Virus record (IMG/VR): IMGVR_UViG_2660238215_000003 | Source of the DNA: a virus | Taxonomy: Duplodnaviria; Heunggongvirae; Uroviricota; Caudoviricetes | DNA length: 26,936 nt | Direction: 5' to 3' (one strand) | In this document: piece after piece, positions 7,132-16,265 of the stretch | Layout of the letters: each line of letters opens with the position of its first letter | How positions within the stretch are numbered: position 1 is the stretch's first letter | Made by a program: the position numbers and the translations under genes | Notes under the pieces: generated by a model | What the model was told of the DNA's origin: nothing | Seen by the model: only the letters and a program-made list of their open reading frames with translations | The model's database searches: none

Positions 7132-8597
7132 TGGCACGAAACAAACAAGCCCTGCGGCGAACTGCGCAGGCCACAGCCGATGGTTATGAGAATTTTATTG
7201 CCCGCGTAGGGATGCAGACACCTAACCAGCACTCAGCATCCACCTACCGGGCTAATTTTACCAGTCGTAACCGCATGCTGGTGGAATGGTCCTATCGTTC
7301 GTCCTGGATTATCGGCGAAGCGGTCGATGCTATCCCGGATGATATGACCCGCAAAGGCATTCGCATCACTTCGGAAATTGATGCAAAAGATCGCGGCATT
7401 CTCGAATCACAACTGGATGAGTTGCAAATCTGGGATGCACTGAACGACGTGCTGAAATGGTCGCGCCTCTATGGCGGCGCGGTGGGTTTCATCATGATTG
7501 AGGGGCAGGCACCAATGACCCCTCTGCGACCCGAAACCATCGGTAAAGGCAAGTTTAAGGGGATTCTCCCGCTCGACCGCTGGATGATTGACCCGGTACT
7601 GACCCGCCGCATTAAAGATATGGGGCCGGACCTGGGTAAACCTGAGTTTTACGATGTGGTGACCACAGCAACGGGAATTCCTGCCTGGCGCATTCATCAC
7701 AGTCGACTGATTCGCTTTGATGGCGTCACGCTGCCATTTCAGCAGAAGATGACCGAGAACGAATGGGGAATGTCGGTTGTAGAGCGTATCTGGGATCGTC
7801 TTACCGCGTTCGACAGCGCTACTGTCGGCGCGGCGCAACTGGTCTACAAAGCGCATTTGCGCACCTACAGCGTGGAGAAGCTACGCGAGCTTATCGCACT
7901 TGGTGGTCCTGCGTATGAAGCGTTGCTGAAGAATATTGACCTGATTCGACAGTTCCAGAGCAATGAAGGCATGACGCTCATGGACTCGCGGGATAAGTTT
8001 GAAACTCATCAGTACAGCTTCAGTGGTCTGGATGACATCCTTTCACAGTTTGCAGAACAGATTAGTGGCGCTGTTGGTATCCCACTGGTGCGGTTGTTCG
8101 GACAGTCCCCGAAAGGATTTTCTACCGGTGATGCAGACCTTGCCAACTATTACGACCGCATCAGTTCGTTGCAGGAGAGACGTTTACGTCTTCCGGTGCG
8201 GCGGATACTGGACATCATGCATCGTTCGGAACTTGGCAAGCCGCTCCCGGATGATTTCACGTTTGAGTTTAACCCGCTCTGGCAAATGTCTGATGTCGAT
8301 CGTTCAACGGTGGCGTTAAACACCACCAACGCAATCAGTACAGCGCTGGGTGATGGCCTGATGACACTGAAAGCCGCTATGACTGATTTGCGCGAAAATT
8401 CTGACGTAACCGGCATCGGGGCATCCATTACCGACGAGGACATCGAGAATGCCGAAGATGAAGCGCCGCCCGGCATCGGCGAACCTGATGACGAACCGCA
8501 GGAACCGTCAGGCGGAAATCCGCTATCGAACCAGCCTACGCAGGATAGCGCGGGGGGTCGGAGACATCGTAAATGGTCGCTACGATGGTTCAAATGA
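7131..8597 (+). CDS. Portal protein
   Basis: 488 aa directly after the large terminase; acidic C-terminal tail (DEDIENAEDEAPPGIGEPDDEPQEP) typical of portal proteins. Confidence 0.8.
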   Translation: MARNKQALRRTAQATADGYENFIARVGMQTPNQHSASTYRANFTSRNRMLVEWSYRSSWIIGEAVDAIPDDMTRKGIRITSEIDAKDRGILESQLDELQIWDALNDVLKWSRLYGGAVGFIMIEGQAPMTPLRPETIGKGKFKGILPLDRWMIDPVLTRRIKDMGPDLGKPEFYDVVTTATGIPAWRIHHSRLIRFDGVTLPFQQKMTENEWGMSVVERIWDRLTAFDSATVGAAQLVYKAHLRTYSVEKLRELIALGGPAYEALLKNIDLIRQFQSNEGMTLMDSRDKFETHQYSFSGLDDILSQFAEQISGAVGIPLVRLFGQSPKGFSTGDADLANYYDRISSLQERRLRLPVRRILDIMHRSELGKPLPDDFTFEFNPLWQMSDVDRSTVALNTTNAISTALGDGLMTLKAAMTDLRENSDVTGIGASITDEDIENAEDEAPPGIGEPDDEPQEPSGGNPLSNQPTQDSAGGRRHRKWSLRWFK

Positions 8598-9222
8598 CAG
8601 TATCACGGAAATTATTGAGGCGCTGGAACGCTACAGTGAAATCATCACCCCCTGGGCGACAAAGGTCGCGGAAAACTTTACTGCGGACCTAACCCGGCAG
8701 AACGAGAAAGTTTGGCGGCAACACAGCAAGAACATCAGTCGCGAGCTCCGCAATCTTGTGGAAAGCGCTCCTGTGGGCCAGGTGATGCAATCCATCATCG
8801 CCGAACAGGTCAAGTACATCAAATCGCTCCCCCTCGAGGCGGCTGACAGGGTGTACGACATCCAGAATCGGGCGATAGAAGCTGTTGTGACCGGTGGGAG
8901 AGCAGAACATTTTGCTAAAGAAATAGCCGCATCGGGTGATATAGCAAAGTCCAGAGCTGACCTGATTGCCCGTACTGAACTTGGACGTGCAACCGGCGCG
9001 CTGGATCAGGCACGTGCGCTGTCAATTGGTTCGAATGGTTATATCTGGCGTACAGCCGAAGATGGTGATGTCAGGCATTCTCATCGGGAAATGGAAGGTA
9101 AATTTGTCGAATGGGGCAAACCTCCAACGCTTGATGGCATGACCGGTCACGCTGGCGAGCTCCCGAATTGTCGCTGTTATAAAGAAATCGTTTTTCCCTC
9201 CTCCCATTCTTATCCCGCCTGA
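8449..9222 (+). CDS. Head morphogenesis protein (Mu gpF / SPP1 gp7 family)
   Basis: C-terminal motifs YIWRTAEDGDVRHSHREMEGK and NCRCY typical of the F-like family; GAGGA SD 8 nt before the 8449 ATG. Start overlaps the portal 3' end by about 150 nt; alternative in-frame ATG at 8488. Confidence 0.8.
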   Translation: MPKMKRRPASANLMTNRRNRQAEIRYRTSLRRIARGVGDIVNGRYDGSNDSITEIIEALERYSEIITPWATKVAENFTADLTRQNEKVWRQHSKNISRELRNLVESAPVGQVMQSIIAEQVKYIKSLPLEAADRVYDIQNRAIEAVVTGGRAEHFAKEIAASGDIAKSRADLIARTELGRATGALDQARALSIGSNGYIWRTAEDGDVRHSHREMEGKFVEWGKPPTLDGMTGHAGELPNCRCYKEIVFPSSHSYPA

Positions 9223-9236
9223 ATCGCAGGTAACAC

Positions 9237-10457
9237 ATGAAATATTTTTTCAATACCCGGCTGGGGGAAACCCGCTATCAGCTGGCTGACGGCTCGTTGC
9301 TGTGCAAAGACGTGCCGATAGGACGAACAGGTAAGCAGCTCTATGGTGCTGATGACCTGCCAAAACTGAAACCCGATAAGTTCGGTGAAATAGTCGTCAC
9401 ACGTTCTCCTGAGCAGGTATTCCATCCGGCCACGCTTGCCTCATTCGAAGGGATGAGCATCACGATCCTGCATCCTGAAGATGAAAACGGGAATGTGCGG
9501 CTGGTAAATCCCGAGAACTGGAAAGAGCTTGCTGTCGGGCACCTCCAGAATGTCCGGCGCGGGACGGGTGAGCAGTCTGATTTGATGCTGGCTGACCTTA
9601 TCGTCAAAGACGAAAGCGCCATTCAGCTTATCGAAGATGGCCTGCGCGAAGTGTCGTGCGGCTATGACGCGGAGTATGAGCAGACCGAGCCAGGTAAAGC
9701 CGAGCAGGTCGATATTACTGGAAACCATGTGGCTCTTGTCCCTAAAGGCAGAGCCGGAAATCGTTGTGCAATTGGAGACAGAGACACAATGGCAAATCAA
9801 AAGAAAAGCTGGTGGAACCGCATGCGTGCAGCCATCAAGACAGGAGATGCCGACACCATGAACGAACTGGTGGAGTCGGCTCCCGCATCGGTTACAGGAG
9901 ATGAGGGGGATTTGCCGCAGGGCGTTAATCTCAACATCAACCTGTCCCCGCAGCAACCACTACCGGACAAAGCACCAGAGATGGGTGGAGGTCCAACCGG
10001 CGACAGTGATGATGACCTCAAAACATTACTGAAAGCCCTGCTGGCTAAGCTGGACGGAAATGCCACGGGCGATAACGACAATAAGCCTGACGATAATCCG
10101 ACCGGTGACGGCGAGGACGATGAAGAGGAAACCACGATTACTGGTGACTCAGCCTGGCGTGCTGAAGTTATCGTTCCGGGTATCGATCTGAGCCGTAAGA
10201 TGAAACCGACCGCGTTCAAACGCGAGGTTCTGTCTTCTGCTGACAAAACGTTGGTTCGCCAGATAGTCGGTGATGCGGATATCCGCAAATTGCCGAAACA
10301 ATCGGTCGACATGGCGTTTAATGCCGTGTCTGAGATTGCCAAAGGGCGAAACACCCGCGCCACCACCGGCGATGCACAGCGCCCAAACATGGGCATGACC
10401 AGTATCGCTTCCCTGAACAAACAAAACGCTGAATTCTGGGCAAACCGTAAAGGGTAA
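9237..10457 (+). CDS. DUF2213-like head protein, putative prohead protease/scaffold fusion
   Basis: 406 aa; globular N-terminal half followed by an acidic low-complexity C-terminal half (GDSDDDLKTLLKALLAKLDG..., DGEDDEEETT) as in scaffolding domains; position between the F-like protein and the capsid gene. Confidence 0.65.
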   Translation: MKYFFNTRLGETRYQLADGSLLCKDVPIGRTGKQLYGADDLPKLKPDKFGEIVVTRSPEQVFHPATLASFEGMSITILHPEDENGNVRLVNPENWKELAVGHLQNVRRGTGEQSDLMLADLIVKDESAIQLIEDGLREVSCGYDAEYEQTEPGKAEQVDITGNHVALVPKGRAGNRCAIGDRDTMANQKKSWWNRMRAAIKTGDADTMNELVESAPASVTGDEGDLPQGVNLNINLSPQQPLPDKAPEMGGGPTGDSDDDLKTLLKALLAKLDGNATGDNDNKPDDNPTGDGEDDEEETTITGDSAWRAEVIVPGIDLSRKMKPTAFKREVLSSADKTLVRQIVGDADIRKLPKQSVDMAFNAVSEIAKGRNTRATTGDAQRPNMGMTSIASLNKQNAEFWANRKG

Positions 10458-10460
10458 AAA

Positions 10461-10967
10461 ATGAATAATGTATTTCTGTACCGGATGCCTGTTGGCATTG
10501 CCGGGGCTGTCTCTCGCCCGCAGGACTTAACCGTCGAACCGGTGGTCCTTAAATCCGATAACGCCTTCGCTGCCTATGGGCTGGCTGGTAAATACGATGA
10601 TGACGGTTTTTTCGTGCCGCTGGCAGATGGTGATACCGCAGACAAGGTGAAGGGGATCTACGTGCGCCCTTATCCGACCACTTCGCAGCCGGACATGGTT
10701 CGCCAGGTGGGGAGTGGCAAGAACTTCCCGGGCGACGCCATGAAGCGTGGCTACGTGACCGTTAATCTCGGTTCTGATTTTGATGCCAGCACCATCAAAA
10801 AAGGCGACCCGGTATACGTTGTCGTCTCCACTGATGAATCCATCAAAGTGCCGCTGGGTGGATTCATGGCCACGTCAGTCAGTGGCAAAAACGTGGTGCT
10901 GACCAACGCTGAATTCACAGGTGCCGGTGATGCTGACGGCAATGCAGAAATTTCCTGGAAGATTTAA
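10461..10967 (+). CDS. Hypothetical head protein (possible decoration/cement protein)
   Basis: 168 aa ORF with AAGGG SD, immediately upstream of the major capsid gene. Confidence 0.55.
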   Translation: MNNVFLYRMPVGIAGAVSRPQDLTVEPVVLKSDNAFAAYGLAGKYDDDGFFVPLADGDTADKVKGIYVRPYPTTSQPDMVRQVGSGKNFPGDAMKRGYVTVNLGSDFDASTIKKGDPVYVVVSTDESIKVPLGGFMATSVSGKNVVLTNAEFTGAGDADGNAEISWKI

Positions 10968-10978
10968 GGAACAGACGA

Positions 10979-11920
10979 ATGATTACTTTTGATCAGGCAA
11001 CCGTTGACAGCTCTGGTGCCTTTCTCATCGGGGAGCTGGAGCGACTCGACCAGACGCTGAACCTGCCACTGGTGGGGTACACCTGGACCCGCGATATCCA
11101 ACTGCGTGAAGATGTCTCCATCGCAGATGACATTTCCAGCTGGACGAATACCAGCTTCGCCGCTGCGGGTACTGGTGCAAATCCGAATGGCAAAAACTGG
11201 GTAGGCAAAGACTCAACCGCTATTGCTGGCGTGAACGTGGATACCGGCAAATCCGGTAACCCGCTGAACCTGTGGGGGATGGAACTTGGCTGGACGGTCA
11301 TAGAATTGCAGGCTGCTCAGCAGGTCGGCCGCCCGATTGATACGCAGAAGTATGACGGGATGCAACTGAAATGGCAGATGGATAACGATGAACAGGTATA
11401 TGTTGGCGATTCCGCATTAAACCTGAAAGGCCTTGTTACCCTGGACGGCGTGCCTGTCAACAACGCTGCCAAAACGTGGGCAACCTCAACACCGGACGAA
11501 ATCCGCGCAAGCATTAACCAGGTGCTGTCTGATGCGTGGGCCGCTTCTGGTTACTCTGTGGTCCCGCGTGATTTGCTGATCCCGCCTGAACAGTTTGCTC
11601 TGTTGTCCAGCATCATCGTTTCATCTGCGGGAAACCAGTCCCTGTTGACGTACCTTCAGACCAACACCATCAGCTATCACCAGAACGGTGTTCCGCTGAA
11701 TATCCGCGCGGTTAAATGGCTGAAAGGCCGTGGTGTGGGGAATAAGGATCGCATGGTTGCGTACACCAACGATAAAAAATACGTCCGCTACCCGCTGGTT
11801 CCGCTTCAGAGCGTGCCGGTGCAGTATCGCGGTCTGTATCAGATCGTCACTTACTACGGCAAGCTGGGTGCAGTCGAGCCAGTGTACAAAGAAACCATTT
11901 CGTACGTTGATGGCATTTAA
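10979..11920 (+). CDS. Major capsid protein (DUF2184-like)
   Basis: 313 aa, AAGGA SD, position after scaffold-like genes; followed by a strong GC hairpin; resembles, from memory, DUF2184 capsid proteins. Confidence 0.75.
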   Translation: MITFDQATVDSSGAFLIGELERLDQTLNLPLVGYTWTRDIQLREDVSIADDISSWTNTSFAAAGTGANPNGKNWVGKDSTAIAGVNVDTGKSGNPLNLWGMELGWTVIELQAAQQVGRPIDTQKYDGMQLKWQMDNDEQVYVGDSALNLKGLVTLDGVPVNNAAKTWATSTPDEIRASINQVLSDAWAASGYSVVPRDLLIPPEQFALLSSIIVSSAGNQSLLTYLQTNTISYHQNGVPLNIRAVKWLKGRGVGNKDRMVAYTNDKKYVRYPLVPLQSVPVQYRGLYQIVTYYGKLGAVEPVYKETISYVDGI

Positions 11921-11927
11921 CAGCCAT

Positions 11928-11948
11928 ATGGCCCCCTGGCGGGGCCAT
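11928..11948 (+). promoter_or_regulatory. GC-rich hairpin after the capsid gene (no U-tract): candidate transcript-stabilising or attenuating element
   Basis: Perfect 8-bp stem ATGGCCCC / GGGGCCAT with 5-nt loop CTGGC, starting 8 nt after the capsid stop; no downstream T-run. Confidence 0.4.
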
Positions 11949-11961
11949 TAAGGATGACCCG

Positions 11962-12183
11962 ATGGCAAAAAATAATGCAGTAATACACGTACATACCCCG
12001 TTTGTGCTCACGCTTCCCGACGGTTCGCGGCGCGAGTTTGTTAAAGGCCGTCATGCTGTGGAGGAAGACGTTGCCACGCACTGGTTCACTCGTGCGCACG
12101 CGGAAGTATCCGTTGGCAAAGCCACAGACGCGCGTAACGAGGTAAAAAATGCCAAAGAATCAAAGTCTGCCAGCGGTAAGTGA
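11962..12183 (+). CDS. Hypothetical small protein (73 aa)
   Basis: ATG with AAGGA SD; overlaps the next gene by 35 nt. Confidence 0.45.
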   Translation: MAKNNAVIHVHTPFVLTLPDGSRREFVKGRHAVEEDVATHWFTRAHAEVSVGKATDARNEVKNAKESKSASGK

Positions 12184-12556
12184 TTTTCGCCGCGACTTCC
12201 CGCAGTTTGCTGACCCTGCCAAATATCCCGAAGCGCAAATCCAGTTTCGTCTGAATCTGGCCGATGAACTGCTGAGCGAAAACGTCACCAGCAAAAAGTT
12301 GTTTCCGTACTTTGCCGGATTGTTCGTTGCACACTACATGACGCTCTGGGCGGCAGACATCCGGGCGATGCTGGCTGGCGGACCGGGCGGTTCAACCAAT
12401 GGTGTTCAGTCCTCAAAGTCCGTGGATAAGGTAAGCGTCAGTTATGACACCAGCGCGACGCTGAATCCTGATGCAGGTTTCTGGAATAACACCCGATATG
12501 GTGCTGAATTTTATCAGTTGATCACGATGTTCGGTGCAGGTGGTCGCCAGCTATGA
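12149..12556 (+). CDS. DUF4054-like head-tail connector/neck protein
   Basis: 135 aa with GAGG SD; position after the capsid; family assignment from memory. Confidence 0.55.
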   Translation: MPKNQSLPAVSDFRRDFPQFADPAKYPEAQIQFRLNLADELLSENVTSKKLFPYFAGLFVAHYMTLWAADIRAMLAGGPGGSTNGVQSSKSVDKVSVSYDTSATLNPDAGFWNNTRYGAEFYQLITMFGAGGRQL

Positions 12557-13107
12557 GTTTCAAAAGCGGTGTAACAACGAGGGTGGATAACGCTAAGGCC
12601 ATTCTGGATGCGCTCAGGTCGTTAACCAAAAAAGATGTGCTGGTCGGCATCCCTTCGGAAGACAGCGAGCGGGATGATGTTCCGTTTGGTAATGCGGGCA
12701 TCGGTTACCTCAACGAATACGGCTCACCAGAGCAGAACATCCCGCCACGACCTCACCTGGTCCCCGGCGTTAAATCGGCAGAAGAGCAGACGGTGCCGCA
12801 GCTCAAAGCCGCGGCGCAGGCTGCACTTGATGGTAATGCTGCGGGAGCAGAAAGCGCACTCAACCGTGCCGGAACACTGGCCGCTAATGGCGTCAGGCGT
12901 TACATGACCATTACCGGCTTTACGCCGCTTGCTGACAGTACTGTTGAAGCCCGGGCTCGTCGGGGGCGCAAGGGGGCAACACTGGAACTTGCCCGGCGTG
13001 CTGCTGGCGAATCTCCGGGAACCGAACTGGCGAAACCATTAATTGATACCGGGCAATATCGCAGAGCTATTACCCATGTTGTGAGGGATAAAGATGCCGA
13101 CTCTTGA
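12553..13107 (+). CDS. Hypothetical virion (neck/head completion) protein
   Basis: 184 aa; start overlaps the previous stop (ATGA); in the head-tail joining region. Confidence 0.55.
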   Translation: MSFKSGVTTRVDNAKAILDALRSLTKKDVLVGIPSEDSERDDVPFGNAGIGYLNEYGSPEQNIPPRPHLVPGVKSAEEQTVPQLKAAAQAALDGNAAGAESALNRAGTLAANGVRRYMTITGFTPLADSTVEARARRGRKGATLELARRAAGESPGTELAKPLIDTGQYRRAITHVVRDKDADS

Positions 13108-13483
13108 TGTAACAGATGTGCTTTTTGACCCCGATTTTTGCGACTTCAATTTGTGGGTAACACGCCGTGTGCAAACGGTGGATGAGGACGGGATCGGCAG
13201 CGACAGCGAAGTTAAAAAGCAGTTTGCCGGAGTCGTAACTGTTGATCGCTCTCTGGAAAACCGTCGTATGCAGGCCGGGCAGGTAATCAGTGGTGCAATT
13301 CTGATTGTGACGACTGAGCGACTGACGCAGGGACAGACTGGCCGTGATGCCGATATCGTGACGTATCAGGGCCGTGATTATCGTGTGACTTTCGTCGACC
13401 CGTATACAGCGTATGGTGCCGGATTTGTTCAGGCGCATTGTGAGTTGCTGCCGTTTGATGGGGGAACTCCGGTTGAGCAATAA
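13094..13483 (+). CDS. Hypothetical virion (neck/tail completion) protein
   Basis: 129 aa, GAGGGA SD, short overlap with the upstream gene. Confidence 0.55.
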   Translation: MPTLDVTDVLFDPDFCDFNLWVTRRVQTVDEDGIGSDSEVKKQFAGVVTVDRSLENRRMQAGQVISGAILIVTTERLTQGQTGRDADIVTYQGRDYRVTFVDPYTAYGAGFVQAHCELLPFDGGTPVEQ

Positions 13484-14021
13484 CACCAGTACAGAGCGCG
13501 GATGGTTAATACCAACCAGTGGCGATCCGGATTATGACGAAGCGCTCGACAGGCTGTTAAGCCAGTGGATGCGTAACGTTTCCGGTCTGTCTGCCGGGAT
13601 GGTTCGCCCGCGCTGGCAGAAAGAGCAGCCGCCACTGCTACCGGTTGAAACGAACTGGTGTGCGTTTGGGGTTATCGGATGGTCAGGTGATGACAGTCCG
13701 GCATTCACCAGACAGACCGATGATGGCTCTCAGCTCTGGCGGCATGAAACGATTGAGTGTATGGCTTCGTTTTATGGTCCGGCGGGGATGGTGTATGCGT
13801 CCCGGTTTCGTGACGGTATATCTGTACCGCAGAACAACGCAGCACTGAATGCGCTGGGGCTGTCTCTTGGCGATTACACAGGTCTGACTCCCTTCCCTGA
13901 ACTTATTAATCAGCAATGGGTCCGCCGCTACGATATGACGGTGCGTCTGCGCCGGAAGGTTGTGCGCGAGTACGGTATTAAATCGCTGGTGGAAGCACCA
14001 GTCATCTTTTTCGGAGATTAA
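13458..14021 (+). CDS. Hypothetical virion protein (start uncertain: ATG 13458 or TTG 13473)
   Basis: The 13413 start in the ORF track overlaps the previous gene by 70 nt; TTG at 13473 has a GGGGGA SD 7 nt upstream and the ATG at 13458 has none. Confidence 0.5.
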   Translation: MGELRLSNNTSTERGWLIPTSGDPDYDEALDRLLSQWMRNVSGLSAGMVRPRWQKEQPPLLPVETNWCAFGVIGWSGDDSPAFTRQTDDGSQLWRHETIECMASFYGPAGMVYASRFRDGISVPQNNAALNALGLSLGDYTGLTPFPELINQQWVRRYDMTVRLRRKVVREYGIKSLVEAPVIFFGD

Positions 14022-14024
14022 GCT

Positions 14025-15170
14025 ATGGCACAGGGCTTGCCTGTATCAAACGTTGTTAATGTTGATGTGATCATGTCGCCGCGTGCAGCATCAGGGCGAA
14101 ATTTTGGTGCATTACTCATTCTCGGCCCGTCCACAATCATTCCGGTAAGTGAGCGCATTCGCCGTTATTCTGCCGCGGAAGATATTGGAAAAGATTTTGG
14201 CGTGGAATCACCAGAGTATAAGGCTGCGCAGGTGTTTTTCTCACAATCACCGAAACCTCAGGAGGTTTTTGTTGGTCGTTGGGTGAAAACGAAGGGAGAC
14301 AGCGAACAGGCCACGCCTGAGACGCTGGAGCAGGCTGTGAATGCCATGCTTGATTATACTTCATGGTATGGGCTGGGGATTGCAGACGATGCAGATATTC
14401 CGGATGCAGACTGGCTGAAAGTGGCTGCGGCGATCGAATCCTCTTCTGTAAGCCGTATTCTGGCGATTACGACAAGCGATGAGAAATGCCTGCAGACTGC
14501 ATCCAGCGATGATTTGGCATCAAAACTGAAAACCGCCGGATATTCACGCAGTTTTATTCAGTATTCATCGGGTAATAAATACGCTGCGTTATCTGCATTT
14601 GGCCGGGCATTCACGGTTAATTTCAATGGCAGTAATACCGCGATTACGCTCAAGTTTAAGCAGGAGCCGGGTGTCGGGTATGAAACACTGACAGTCAGCC
14701 AGGCATCGGCACTTGATGCAAAAAACTGCAATGTGTTCGTGTACTACCAGAATGATACAGCTATCCTCCAGCAGGGAGTGATGGCTAACGGCGATTTCTT
14801 TGATGAACGCCACGGCCTGGACTGGTTACAGAATTATGTGCAGACCAACCTCTATAACCTGCTTTATACCAGCACCACGAAGGTTCCCCAGACTGAAGCC
14901 GGTATTACCCGACTGTTATCAAATGTTGAAAAATCACTGGATCAGGCCGTTCAGAATGGACTGATTGCTCCGGGCGTATGGAACGGGGGCGACCTTGGCC
15001 AGTTGTCATCAGGTGACACGCTGCCCAAAGGTTATTACGTATACGCCCAGCCGCTGGATGAACAGGCACAATCAGAACGTGAAGCCCGTAAGGCTCCGGT
15101 GATTCAGGCTGCAATAAAACTTGCAGGCGCGGTTCATTACGCTGACGTACAGATTAACGTTGTTCGCTAA
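14025..15170 (+). CDS. Tail sheath-like protein (DUF3383-like)
   Basis: 381 aa, GGAGA SD, followed by a tube-like gene, chaperone and tape measure, the canonical contractile-tail order; family from memory. Confidence 0.6.
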   Translation: MAQGLPVSNVVNVDVIMSPRAASGRNFGALLILGPSTIIPVSERIRRYSAAEDIGKDFGVESPEYKAAQVFFSQSPKPQEVFVGRWVKTKGDSEQATPETLEQAVNAMLDYTSWYGLGIADDADIPDADWLKVAAAIESSSVSRILAITTSDEKCLQTASSDDLASKLKTAGYSRSFIQYSSGNKYAALSAFGRAFTVNFNGSNTAITLKFKQEPGVGYETLTVSQASALDAKNCNVFVYYQNDTAILQQGVMANGDFFDERHGLDWLQNYVQTNLYNLLYTSTTKVPQTEAGITRLLSNVEKSLDQAVQNGLIAPGVWNGGDLGQLSSGDTLPKGYYVYAQPLDEQAQSEREARKAPVIQAAIKLAGAVHYADVQINVVR

Positions 15171-15180
15171 GGGGAAGTGA

Positions 15181-15621
15181 ATGTCTACCTATTCTTTTAT
15201 GGATGTCACTGCGACGCTGACCGGGCCGACCGGTTCGATTGACCTCGGGTACGGTTCTGCAAGTTCTGAAGAGGGGATTGTGGTTGCGATGGGCGGCCCT
15301 AAAAACACCATGACCATCGGTGCTGATGGCGAAGTGATGCACAGTCTCCATGCAGATAAAAGCGGGACGATTACCGTTAACCTTCTGAAGACATCACCGA
15401 CAAATAAAAAATTGTCGCTGGCGTATAACGCACAGAGCCAGTCTTCTGCCACATGGGGGAATAACGTTATTGTGATCCGAAACAAGGTCAGCGGCGACAT
15501 CATCACGGCACGTAGTGTTGCGTTCCAGAAACAACCGGATAATGCCAACGCTAAAACCGGTAATACGATGCCGTGGGTGTTTGACTGCGGCAAGATTGAC
15601 CAGGTTCTCGGGGAGTTTTAA
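15181..15621 (+). CDS. Tail tube-like protein (DUF3277-like)
   Basis: 146 aa, AAGGGGA SD, directly after the sheath-like gene. Confidence 0.6.
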   Translation: MSTYSFMDVTATLTGPTGSIDLGYGSASSEEGIVVAMGGPKNTMTIGADGEVMHSLHADKSGTITVNLLKTSPTNKKLSLAYNAQSQSSATWGNNVIVIRNKVSGDIITARSVAFQKQPDNANAKTGNTMPWVFDCGKIDQVLGEF

Positions 15622-15624
15622 TAC

Positions 15625-16077
15625 ATGGAATTCGAAATCAAAGGCGTGAAATATCGCGCGGCAAAACTCAGCGTTTTTGATCAGCTGAAAGTGACCCGCA
15701 AACTTCTGCCTGTGCTGGCAGGAATGATGTCAGATTTCGGGAGCATTCGCTCCCGTTTGCCTGCTGACGGCAAAATCGACACCGTGAAATTCGAGCAGTT
15801 AAAACCGGTGTTTGAAGCCATGCTCCCGCGTATCGCTGAGGAACTGTCTTCCCTGACTGAAGAAGATACCAACGCGATTATTCATCCTTGCCTGGCCGTA
15901 GTGTCACGTAAGCACATGGACGGATGGACACCGGTATTCAACAGCGGTCAGCTGATGTTCGATGATATCGACCTGCTAACCATGCTGCAGCTGGTGGCGC
16001 GGGTGGTCGCCGATTCACTGGGAAATTTTTTGCCTACACCCCTTACCAGCACGACACAGAGCCTGCAACAGGGCTGA
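15625..16077 (+). CDS. Tail assembly chaperone (gpG-like), zero-frame product
   Basis: 150 aa immediately upstream of the tape measure gene; contains a slippery T TTT TTG heptamer near its 3' end. Confidence 0.6.
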   Translation: MEFEIKGVKYRAAKLSVFDQLKVTRKLLPVLAGMMSDFGSIRSRLPADGKIDTVKFEQLKPVFEAMLPRIAEELSSLTEEDTNAIIHPCLAVVSRKHMDGWTPVFNSGQLMFDDIDLLTMLQLVARVVADSLGNFLPTPLTSTTQSLQQG

Positions 16078-16265
16078 CGTTTAACAGCCTGCCGGACGGG
16101 CTGTCCTACCTTCTCAATCCGGTTGACGCCGGGTTAATTCCTTATACAGCACTTAAAGATGGCTCTGTCGATTTGTACGACATTGCTCTCTTGAATGACC
16201 ATCTGGCGGTAAAAGCGGATAACCAGCGGCGCATTGAGAAATGGAGAGAGGATAATGAACGCTGA
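15625..16265 (+). CDS. Tail assembly chaperone -1 frameshift product (gpGT-like fusion), predicted
   Basis: Slippery heptamer T_TTT_TTG at 16026-16032 in the chaperone frame; the -1 frame is open from 15966 to a TGA at 16263-16265, extending across the chaperone stop into the start of the tape measure gene. Confidence 0.5.

Noticed and set aside
9797-10498. 233-aa minus-strand ORF (Ser/Pro-rich) antisense to the scaffold-like gene
   Set aside because: Low-complexity translation produced by the antisense of the acidic repeat region; no start context; the sense gene is well supported.
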